From: Balanoglossus misakiensis
Lineage: Eukaryota > Animalia > Hemichordata
Assembly (NCBI GenBank): GCA_040954595.2
Contig: CM082576.2
Location: forward strand, 1,309,403 to 1,373,402
DNA length: 64,000 nt
Direction: 5' to 3'
This document shows positions 52,147-64,000 of this stretch, one piece after another. The notes below the pieces were generated by a model, which was given only the letters and a program-made list of their open reading frames with translations, did no database searches and was not told the origin of the DNA. Position 1 is the first letter of the stretch. Each line of letters opens with the position of its first letter. A program made the translations under genes and the position numbers.

Positions 52147-55090
52147 ATCCCTTTGACTTTGCAAGCAAGTTGCTATGGCTACAGATTTTTGAAACTGCAT
52201 CATTTGGCAAGGTCTTGAAGTCAAGATATAGATGTAGATTTGCTTTTACTGTATAATGTTTTCCAGAGTGAGATTTCAATGATGATTTGCTGTGAGTTTA
52301 ATAAGTAACTAACTTTAGCAAACTGAATAAAGTTTGAAATGGTAAACTTCAGTGGTTTGTATTGATTATTTTCTGCACCTCATAACCATGAGGTAACAAT
52401 ACCCATCATGAGTTTCATTCCCAAAAGTAAAGTTGCTGATACTCTTTCATTTGTGGGCTACGAGAATGCAATTGATACAAGGGCAATAGTTTGTTGAAGC
52501 AATTTTTATTGCTGGTATGACAAAATCTAAAAGGAATGTGCAAGTTTCTTTTCAGTGATGAATGGCGAGGTTATGCGTCGCAAAGCATGCTGGGATACTT
52601 GACTACATGACAAAGCATGCATTGGTACCTTGTTGTCTTCCAATACTTAAAGCAATACAGTCCAACCAGTTCAAGATCTCCCACCACAGCTCAGCTGTAC
52701 TAACCATAAATGTCTTTAACAAAATAATAAATAAATACAAAAATACAAAAAAAAATTTACAAACCATTATAAAAATTCAATTTTCACAGAAAGCACACAT
52801 CTAACTTCTAACGAAATACAAAAATACTCAAGGGAAAGGATTTGGTGTTTCATTCAATATGACAAACAGTATCAAATGTTGGAATAAATTGCTACTACCA
52901 GGTACATTCATTTGTCCATCTACAGCTGCTATACACATATCATTTACACATCTAATCCTTGATGTGACATCATGATCAAAGAGATATTTAGGGTTCACTA
53001 TTTATGTTTAGCTTTGTCTACATTTTCTCTTGATTTATTTTATTCAAAATATATAAAGTATAGGAAAAAATCAAATTGAGATTGCAGAATGTCATGCCAA
53101 AAGATTGAACAGATATCTTGTGTATCATATTCTGAATTTAGAGAAATTGGGTGCCCACTATAGGATCATCACAGGCTAATGGCATGAATTAAACTTGTGT
53201 CATTTTGATTACATTCTTTGGCAATTAACCAAAATAGATAGAACTTTACATTTTTCGCTGATTTTAAAATTCTCCTTGGCAACCATTACCCAGCGATCGG
53301 AATCCTGCAATATTGCCTTAATTATACATGTACTACAATACAGCATTACTATCAAGGTTATAGAATGTGAATTCTGTAGTTAGGAATCATCTTTGCAGGG
53401 TGCATTATGCTTCAATCACGTTCTCAACTATATTATAACCAATTAGAAGCATCCCCATACCATTAACAGAGTTCACTGGATTAGAAATCTGCTGATCCAG
53501 TAATTTCATTTTTATATCTGAAAATGCAAAATGTTGATCGCTTAGCCTAGGTCCAGCTATCTGCAAGATTGTGGAATACTTGCATAATATGCATATAATA
53601 CTTTGTAGACTTGTATTAGTCTTGTGTCTGTTCAGTAAATGTTCAACAGAATGTAAAAGAACATGGAACGCAAAAGAACACACTTTGGCAAATCAATTTT
53701 CTTGTGTAAATAAGTGCATGAATTACATATGACCAATGCATACACACATAAATACATTTTGAAAATTACATAAAAATTCTTATCTAATTTTTTTTCCAGT
53801 TTAAGGATGTGACACAAAAAACAGACAGTTATATGATTATATTCTTGTAATAACAGTAACAATTGTAGCATTTTCAGCCATGTTTGCCAATATTTGACTT
53901 GAGAATAAACTTAATATAGAAATATATGTATAAATATTTTGTTCAGCATTTGAAATAATATATAACAAAACATACTGACATAATTCCATATTTTAACAAT
54001 GACTGTGTCATACACATTTCAAAAAGTCAGATAAATAGTTTCTTGTTGGTAGATAATAGATATATTGTTTTATGGTCTTTGTTGACTGACAGTTTATGTG
54101 CAAATTGAGGAATTAATTTGGTATATATATGTTATTAATAGTTCATTAATTTTAGTAGAATCTACAAACATTCCTTAAGTTAGCCATGAAAAAGTTTGAA
54201 AAGATGTGGAATGAAAAATAATCTTTTGACTTTAAATATCATTTATGGGTTTAGATTTTGTAAACATGTTAATTTTGGAAAATCATTTTTAATACAGTGT
54301 TATAGATAACTTATCATCCATCAAAACACCCTTTTGAATTCAGCCTATAACTGGTTATAAAATATATGTAAATGTCATAAAACACACATTTTATGTGAAA
54401 AACTAAGTGCCATACTTGGCTGTATTCTTGTTTCACCCACCCTCTACACCTCTGAAATGGACATTTCATCCCCCAAACGTTTTCAAGCTTGTTTTCAAAA
54501 GTAAAGTCTGACTATGAATGGGAGTAAAATGGTGAATCACGGGTGACTATGCTGATGGGCAGACACACTCAATGACTGCCATCAACATATTTCTGATCAC
54601 AACAGTTTTCTAGAATAATTGCATTAACAGTGCCTGATAGAAGCACTTTTGAGTTTGTAGAATTTGTAAATACCCGGTAGTCTGAAATCTCAACATCAGA
54701 TGTGAAGAAGATTACATTATGTGCATATTAAGAAGTGTAATTATTAAAGTTGATTAGCAATTCTCATTGCATTCCACTGAGATCCCAGTTTTCATCGGAG
54801 AAGTTCTGGATCAACACCACAACCACGGTTTCTATGATTTCTCCGATTTGAAGCTGTAGAAGGAAAAAAGGAAGACAACGGTGCCATGAAACAAGGTGAG
54901 CTCTTCAGAGCCATTTTTAGATTCTTAAGCCCTTGAAGACTAAATTTTAAGCTCTTGTGATCTTAAACCTTGAATTGTTGCTTGTTTTATCAGGCTGTAT
55001 ACACAAAACTGAAATGTTGGATTTTCATGGCCATGCATTTTGTAATGTCACATTGTCTGCATTGTTCAAAGCAAAACAGTAACTTCATAC

Positions 55091-58000
55091 TCACAGCTTG
55101 AATGAGAAAACTCTTTTCAGCTTTGATTTCTTCTTTTTTGGAGTGCTTCCCTGACTACGAGTTGCACCATTTCCTTGCAATGTAGAATCTGATGACGTGT
55201 TCGATAATCTGTCTTCACAGTGACTGCTATTCATGACCAGACTGGTAACAGACCTTGGTGATGTTAACAAATCAGATTTAGATTTGTGTTTCCCGACAGA
55301 AGTTGGGTTGGAGTTGGATCTTCGTAAACTGTGTGACTTAACTGTACCTTTGTTTTTGCTCTTTGGCAGTTCTTTGCGATGTGAATCATAAGCCCCCTGC
55401 ATAATAAAATATCACAACTATATATCACCATATGTAATGGACAAACATGATGTGTATGTCTCAGGTTTAATAAATGATGGTAAACATTGATTTCACTGTG
55501 AGTTAAAACAACACAACTGAAGGCTGCATAATATTTTGAAAAAAAAATGTGGTAGTGAAACATTGTATTGTATACAGTGGATAGCTTTGCATACTACATG
55601 CAAATATGGCTGACACCGCACGAGAAAGATTGCTCACCTCACGCATATGAATCTTTCCGTTGTTCTTTCCACCATCTGTAACATCTCTGCTATCATCTCC
55701 CCCCGTTACTTCAAATACTTGATCATCCATGGGTGAAGTTCCACCCTCACTGCCTTCAAATTCCTGTTCAAGAGAATATAGTCTTTCATGATTCAAGACA
55801 AGTTGGCAAGAAGCAAAATGACAAAGAACACTTGCAAAGACTCTAATAAATTCAAAAGAATCATGCCGCAAATAACAACAAATTTGTAGGCCATTAATTG
55901 TTTCTGTGTGAAGAGAACTCAAAACTTATGTACCTCCATTATGATCACATTAAAGTTCAACTGAATGGCTCCAGATCTGATTTGTTTCAAATTAAACCAA
56001 GTTGGTCCTGCCTGAAAAAATAACATCACATACAAGATGCTAAGTGTGACAACAGAATAAGGATACACTAATACATGTACAATGGGAAGAACACAGGCTT
56101 GATTATCAATATTGCATTTTTAAGTATTGCTTCAGAGAAATTTACATTCTCATACAATTTTACATGATAGAGTATTTGAGATAATGAAACTACATGTATA
56201 TTACACATGTTGTCAATATACCACAAATCGTCAGGAAAAGAAATCTTCAGTCATTTACTGTCCCTTGGAACCAAGACATTGTCTGATGAGAAAAGACAGC
56301 TCTGATAGAAAAAATGACTTACATGTGAATATTTGTTGATTTCATCCAGTGTGAAACTGATGCAACCAAGAAAATCACGTCTCATGAAAGGATCTCTGTC
56401 CCAGACATACTGAGAGAAAGAAACACAATTGGTGTTGATGTGAAACTAGAATGCTACGACTGTTAAAACTCATCTACTGCAACAGGTACTAACAAAATAT
56501 CAACAATTACATTCAAAGTATCTTTTAAGCACACAATTTCTCTTGTTCCTGTCTAAAGAAGAATGTTAGAGTCACTTGACAGACAGTGAAAAGCCAATTT
56601 AATTTTATGACAGCTACAGATTCAAGTGACATGTGGAAGACAAAAACACACTCCACCACTGCCCTCTTGTGTCAAGAAGTGAAGAGACAAGAATTACTCC
56701 ACTTACAATATCCAACACATCTCCCTCATTCGGCAACTGAAGTGTAGTACTTTCTTCCCAGACTGGCGATAATGACTTTTTAATTGTAGACGTTTTGAAC
56801 TGCAATGTGTTGCCGATTTTCACTTCACAGTATGGATCACTGTAACCTGACAACAAAATAATATTACAGCTTTTATAAAATCAGAGAGATTGAAGTAATT
56901 GGGTTCATTAATGGATGTGAATATAAAGAAAGGTCAAAAATGTATAGATTATGATATATATAATTGCAACATACAATGCTAGATTTGTAGGTTAAATTGT
57001 AAATTGAAGGTGACCGCGTACCACTGTTTTCTGAGGGCAATTCTGGTACCATCAAATGAAACATGAAGATATCATTTTTTCTGAAATTTTCCACACGCTA
57101 ATCAAGTAACCTTAATTACCCTGTAACTCTCCATTAAGTGGCAAAGTTAATTGTTCTCCTACGTTTGACCCCATTTGTCTTCATCAAACAGTCATTAAAG
57201 CCTGTTTTTAGTTCAATTTACATCATCATTCTCCCAATTGAATCCCGAATTAGATGATGTATGTGTTCTATTGCTTTGTGAATACAATGTAATAAACCTA
57301 CCATTTCTGTCTTTAGCAACAAGATCTCGGGCACGTAACACTGTTATTTCTAAGATTCCTTTGCCTACAGAAAAAATCCATAAAAGTGAAAATTACACAT
57401 TTTGACAATGCAATAGCACAAGGCAGAAATAAAGCACATTGAAACTGGCTGAGACACAAAGAGCACCAAGAATGGCAATTGGTTTTACACTGTTTTCTAC
57501 AAAAATCTACAAAAACATCATTGTGTAAGAAATGCCATATTGACCTTAGAGGGCGCACTGCCATTTTTAGAATTTTTTTTACTGTGCATTCCCAGATCCT
57601 CCCCTAAAAAGTGACTGATTGAAAACGATGGTTTGCTTATTTCTGATGACATCCTTTGTACATCTTATGAAGTAATGTTTACTTACTCATATTCAACACA
57701 GATGCATTCCTGGTTGGTTTCCCTGACACCAGATTTTTCTGAAATCAAAGTTGAAATAACAAATGACATCAGAGAGTCTGGATATTTATTGAATCCTTCC
57801 TGGAGGCTATCATTTCGAACTAATTCCTATAATTATATGTCTATCCCAAGACTGCAGATGACAGCAGATGTCAGCTATCCAATTCCAATCAACAAATTTA
57901 TCATGATTCTGATTGGCAATTAAGCTGCAGATCGTGCCACAACAAACTTTGAATTTGCATGTCACAAAATAATATAAACGTATGATAGGTACAGCCATGA

Positions 58001-61000
58001 ACATATAATTTCACGTCAAAAGCTAATATTGTCAAATTTTTACATATAAATAGAGAAAAACCAAAATTATCCTTACAACTCCAGTCTTCTTTTTGGATTT
58101 GGGACTCAAAGCGATATCTTCATCACCTTCACTAATCAGCTCTGCATTGGAACGACCAACCTTTTCTATAAATATGCAAAATCAGGAAGTCAATGTGAAC
58201 ATAATAAAACCACATTTATAATACAAAATTCTGATCATCATCTTTAGTGCTTGGTTAATTACTTATTATTTCTCAGCGTGTTGTGTTCATTATAATGACA
58301 CATCAATTTCTGTGCAGTGTATGTAAATGAGTTTGAAGTCATCCCTTGCATAACACAATGAGATCACCTTTTTTGCATGTCATGTGTGTGTGCAGATTTT
58401 AAGGGAAAATAAAGAAATGCTATAAAAATAGATATTTTCCCCACTTTCCCCATGAAATTGTTTAGAAACTGAGTTTGTGTTGCGGGCAGGTAGGTATTAA
58501 AATTTGGCTATGTTAAATAAATCATTTCACTAAAATGTACCTAGTGTTGACGATACATTACTTATAAGTTATAGGGGCACATTTTCTCACTTGTAATACT
58601 ATTTTGTTATGTTTAGTCTTTCTGACAAATTATTTATGTTTTTCTGCTCTGCTCTCTCAAATCTGCTCAGTGACAATTTATAATTCAACTCACACTGTGG
58701 ATGTGACGATAACAAGGCAGAGTTGATCTGTGACAATGGGTGATTCAGCATTGTTCAGAGAGAGTAAATATCAATAGCGTCTCAAAGGACACTAAAAATA
58801 ACCCAAATAATGTCCAAAATGGCAACTTTAGCCATTTATAGCTGGTCCTACTTACCAGACTGTGCAACGGATGGAACAGGTCTGAATATGACAGAGACAC
58901 ACAATGATCCTAACTTGTTACCCAGGACAGGAGCACCAAGCAAACCATAGCCAAGCGCTAAATCCTTACGAAGCACACCACTACTACCCTGTAATACCAT
59001 GCAGATACAATTACCATGCAGACACTGGTAATCATTGTGAAGAAACAAATCCCATTACATGGTCTTGTACATTTTAGTACCACGGAAATCAGACAAGTCC
59101 CTGTTCAGCAATAAACCCTATCAGAGGGAAAAGATTTCAATTCCTATGAAACCAATGATTATCTTACAGAGGCCAATGAGAAAAATAATTTCTAAGAGAT
59201 TTAAATTTCTTCTAGACATGCAATGTACCTTATTAAGAGAGAAATTACAGGAGCCCAAGAAGTCATTGTCAGTAATCTTACGACCATCCCAATCATAAAC
59301 CAAGAATGATATTGCTGTGGTTGTGTAGTCTGCCACAAAGAACTCCATGCTGGATTCCCATTTAGGATTCAATGTCTGACAGATGTAATGTGTCGTCTTC
59401 ACCTAAAGATTACAAGGCATTCATTTTAACAGAAATGTTACAAGAAGAAAGTTAGTACATGTAATATTGATCAAGATGGCTAGATACGGTTGTTAATACA
59501 GAACTCATAATAAAGTGAAACTTCAGTCACGTATGTACCAAATTGTTCTGCATGAACTATTACACGACATCAATAAATCAGTAAATGAAGTGAGAAATTG
59601 TTATTAAGGTAGATGCAACTGAGTAAAAACGTACATGGCAAATAACCATGGCAACGATACTACCTTTTGTCTATTGTTGAAGACAATGACATAAGGATCC
59701 GATTTTCCTGTTCTGTCCATAGCAAGGAGATTACTGCCGCTGTGCACACAAACGTACATCACCCCTGCAACTTGGTTGTTGGATACAGGAGGCAGTTCAC
59801 CATTGGTATCTAAATTGATGGTTGGCAGAGGGGTGTACTCCATTGATACAGACAGCTTGGTCTGCTTCTTTTGAAGGGTTGTTTCTATTCTGGAAACATT
59901 TAATATTATGGAGCATATTTTAAAAATTACTTCAAATCAACATCCATATAAAATGTATATGGCAACCAGTTTATGGCCCTGAAATGTCACCCTTGGACAT
60001 ATACAGTAGAGGGCTAAGGTTGAGCCTTTCTGTTGTACAACCTTGTTCACATATCAGGGCCATATTACCATTCCTTTACACGACAATATTTTAAGACATT
60101 TTCAAGATGGGAGAACTGCATCTCAATAACTTTATTCCTTACTTAAACCATGGTTACAAGAAAAGGATTGAGAATTAGAACCATGCTAAAAACTGAATCC
60201 ATCAAAATACTCACACATTGTTGCTGTCCAAATTGAGCTCATTCAGATTCATTTCGAATTGAGTCAACGTGTATGAAGTCAGCAGACGACGACCTTTCAC
60301 CTTCACATAGACCTGAAATTTTGTATGGTCAGAATTAGAAGTAAAAGATACAAGAACCATGTACTGCATTTCACTAAAACTGTACTGAACACATAACAGC
60401 CCCTTCACATACATTATAAAACTAGAAACTGTCTATTTTTAATGAGTTCTTATATAGGACCTATTCACAAGTATGTGCTCAAGGTGCTTTAGAATTAGCA
60501 CCCCCAGTCACTGGACTGAATTTAATTCCACTCAATTCCTTGGAGAAGAAATAACAGCTCACATGTGCAGCTAAGCAATGGAGCGGAGCTAAATACACAC
60601 ATTACCCTACCAGGCTGAGGTACCGATTATTACTCCTGGGTGGGGAGAAGCAATGAGAGTAAAAGTGCCTTTCTGAAGGACACAACACTACAGTCATGCC
60701 GGGACTCAAACCCACAATCCTCTGATTAGGAGTCTTGCTGTACCACAGTCGATACAGAACACTAATCAGTCTCCTACACGCATCCACTGTTTTTTCATAA
60801 ATTTTAGTGAATATTTTATCACATGCATGAGCTGCAGAAATATGAGTAAATTGTGATCCCAAAATAAAAACCATGTTTCCCCTGCTTTCTGCATCAACAG
60901 GAACACCAAATTACACAAGGAAATTGAACAGCATTATTGGAAAGATAGAAAATACTGTAGTTCTGTACTTCATATCAGAACTGGTCAGGATTGCTTTTTT

Positions 61001-63300
61001 ATACTGATCCTAATATCTTAATACAAGAATCCAGCAGACTTTATTGATAGCCTCACACAGTCTCAATACACTTGTAAAACCACTGATGATTATTTCCATC
61101 AAGAAGGCATGGATCTGCGACTATATTATACGCATCACTGGAGGTTCACTTCAATAGAGATGGATTTGATGAGGTTACCTTATCACTTGCTAAGTCATCA
61201 ATCAGGAATGAGCATGTATCTGACCAATTGGCTAAGGGAGAAACTTGAGATGTCTGCTTTTTCTGCTCGTTGACTTGAAGCACACACCACCTGTAGTCAT
61301 CCTGCAGCACTGCAAAGCAACACATATACAGCAAAATAAACATTCATGAAATCCACTGTGTTGTTCTGTAATACTGGTCACCTAAAAGTCTGTTTCTCTT
61401 TTCTGAATTATGCACTTGCAAAGAAATGAGACACCCCTAAATCTAGCCAGTACACTTAATATACACATGCAGTGTTTAATAACTTCAGGGTTTTCGTTCC
61501 TTCACACTGAGTGAATTCCTACACATCAAATATGTATGTATGTTTGCAATAAGACAGCTTTTTTATGGATTGACACAATTTTTGAACAATCACGTCAGAA
61601 AAGTTGTGACTATTAACCTTTGTGATGTGTTGGAATCTACGATTGAGAGTATCAAATACTAGCTTTGATGTATTTTTTCCTCAAATGTGTCATACGGTAC
61701 AATCATGAAAATCATTCAACTTAATCAAAAAGGAAATTCAGCATGTTGATTCAGGATTATGTTGGTCAGATTTTGCAGTTTCTGACTACATTTTCACAAT
61801 ATGTTATATATATTCATTGTGTACACTCACTTGCTAGCTTGCTCTGCATATTTCCACTCACAGTTACTGTAAGTACTCCATTAGCAGTCCACTTTCTCTT
61901 GGCTATCTCAGGTTCAAATCCTGCCTCTGGAACAATATTGATGTCCAATTTACCAGGATCAACCAGTTCTATTGATAGGACAAGTCTCACTATGTAACTC
62001 AGCAGAATAACATAAAACAAATGAATTCAGCAAGAAAAACACCATGTGGCAGAAGACACTGTTTAATGAGTTGAAACATTTTTGTCCTACTTTAATTCAC
62101 AGAGGTGTTATCAATGGATGCAGGGAGGAAATTAGAGCAAAATCAGCTTCGGTTCAGTTGTTTCGAACAACACTTCAACAAAACTGAGGCCACATTTCAA
62201 AACATGCATGCAACCCTGTAATCAACAGATATTCAAAATAATCACTTTTCTACATCCATGACACTAGCAACGGTACAAAAAGAAATGAGTCACATTTCAT
62301 AATTACTCAAAATATAATTGAAAAAAGCAATATGTATTCTGCTGAATTATGATTTTGTTTTGGGTGCCACATTATTCCTATCATCATTTTTGACAACAGA
62401 GTGAATATTCATAGATCCATCTTTTACATAAAAAATTAGAAAGCTATCTAAAAATGTTTAATTTAAAAAAAAAGAAACTACTTGTAAGAGCATAGGACTC
62501 CAAGTTTCCAAACTTCCTTGAATGCAAACTGTTGTTGAAATAACAGAAATATGCAGGTATTTCAAAATCTACAATGTAAAATAGACTTGAGGGTTTTGTG
62601 TCTGTACAGAGGCCCACCTGCCTTTTGCATTTCATAAATGGACTGTGATCACATTCACAATATCCTCGATCATGCCAGATAGATTTCTCCCCAGAACAGA
62701 ACAGCCATTATGAATTCAGTAGACGACACTGAATATGCTGAGATGACTATTTGGAGCATGACTATAAATTATACATGAAGTGAGACAACATGGAGTCTAT
62801 CCCTTGAGAACTCCATGAAACACAAACTACTTGTTCTTTCTCATCTGGATTATTTCAGGACAATTACCCTGGCAATCTTCAAGAAAAAAACTGCATTCGG
62901 ACAACTTTTTGTGACCATCATAACCACTTTAAGTGTGTGAAAGTTATGCATAATTTCTCAGATACTGTGCACAGTAAAATCAGCCTAAACCCCCATACCA
63001 TATCGGCTGACAAATTTTTATACATTGTAGAGATGATTGATAATGCACAGAGGTTCTTTTGATATGCAAGACAGTCCTATGAGATGAGATGAAAAAAGGT
63101 GGTCATTGTAGACAGGATTCTAACTTTCGGCAGAATTAAGTTTTGATGGGTTTGATGCTTCTATAGTGAAATTTGTGGAGTAATGTTACCTACCTGTAGT
63201 CAGGGTTTCCATTATCAATGAATGTATCCATCCTTTGAGAATAGGAATTTCCATGAGTTGAACAGCTTTCAGAACACAAACTGAAAACCACACTTCTGGC
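55091..63300 (-). CDS. SMP + three C2-domain protein (extended-synaptotagmin/tricalbin-like), 5'-partial, 15 exons visible (about 648 aa)
   Basis: Exons 63194-63300, 61831-61968, 61179-61309, 60215-60312, 59664-59889, 59229-59402, 58856-58988, 58077-58165, 57687-57738, 57302-57364, 56707-56846, 56323-56409, 55934-56011, 55638-55763, 55091-55396 splice in frame. SMP-like end: PEVWFSV...EIPILKGWIHSLIMETL...LVDPGKLDI. C2 motifs: AMDRTGKSDPY...LNPKWE...YDWD...DFLG and AKDRNGYSDPY...LSPVWEE...WDRD...DFLG. Upstream exons lie beyond the window. Confidence 0.88.
60445..60760 (-). mobile_element. tRNA-derived SINE (degenerate) in an intron of the C2 gene
   Basis: The minus strand has a B-box-like GGGTTTGAGTCCCGGC, a core GTGTCCTTCAGAAAGGCACTTT...CCCCACCCAGGAGTAATAATCGGTACC typical of marine SINEs, and a tail ...AATAGGTCCTATATAAGAACT. 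Boundaries are approximate. Confidence 0.65.
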
Positions 63301-64000
63301 CTGAAAAGGACAAATCAAAAGTTTGGAGTTATGCACAGTGATAGGGGCAATCTTTGCAACATCAGCCAACAAGGTAAAGAATACCCACCAATAAATGCAT
63401 ACAATTTTGATTTTAAACAGAAATCTGAGGACTCATATGACATGTATTAATGTATAAATGCCTTTGATAGGAAAGAATGGAATTAAAGTGATATGTAATC
63501 AATATGTGCACGTCACTTTTATGTGTTATCACTAAAAACATGTATGGGTTCTGATAATGTAATATGGCACCATAACCGGCCTGGGAGAATTTTTGGCAAT
63601 CTGAACTGCACTGGGAATCTTACTGATGCGGTCCCAGATAGCATTTTTGGAACTTGTACATACAAGAACTGGCTAAATTTTGACTGTCTTCCTGCATTTA
63701 ACATGACTGAAGTGCTGTTGAAGATAAAATCTACCTCATACAGATTATCTGCCAAAACCAAATGTTTCTTTTCTGCTACCATCACTTGACCTAGCTCATC
63801 AGTTTCAATGTTTCCATGGGTATGTAAGAGAGTCATACAAAATTAAAACTATTCTGGGAATCTGTTGTTCCCAACAACAACTCATGTTTTTTTTCTGAAA
63901 TACCACTAAAATTCCTATTGCAAGCAATGGCTACATTTCTGAAGTAATGAATAAGTGGGGCAAAAAAAAAACATTATTTATATCAAGACTGTCAGAAAGA

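Noticed and set aside
63519-63836. 105-aa minus-strand ORF near the right edge
   Set aside because: No convincing splice sites linking it to the SMP exon at 63300 and no recognisable domain.
1-64000. tRNA/rRNA genes, CRISPR arrays or prokaryotic-type systems
   Set aside because: None seen. The window is spliceosomal animal DNA, and the only pol III-like box belongs to the SINE.

Overview
This is AT-rich, intron-containing animal DNA, most likely from an invertebrate deuterostome (taxon inferred, not shown). Manual splicing gives five protein-coding genes. (1) A complete 15-exon HIF-alpha gene (minus, 833 aa) with bHLH, PAS-A, PAS-B, both ODD prolines and the C-TAD asparagine, plus a second candidate first exon 97 nt upstream of exon 2. 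(2) BTBD7 (minus, 7 coding exons, about 823 aa). (3) A two-exon COX8 gene head-to-head with BTBD7. (4) A tandem three-exon COX8 paralog that the ORF track largely misses; it has an extra intron and a lengthened presequence. (5) The 3' part of an SMP + 3xC2 extended-synaptotagmin/tricalbin-like gene that runs off the right edge. Also present are a foldback MITE with an 8-bp target-site duplication, a double-hairpin element, a piggyBac-like MITE, a tRNA-derived SINE and a strong CTCF motif. The most interesting hypothesis is an oxygen-response neighbourhood: a dual-promoter HIF-alpha next to a duplicated COX8 pair whose promoters carry HRE cores. The gene structures are read directly from the sequence; all regulatory interpretation is inference.
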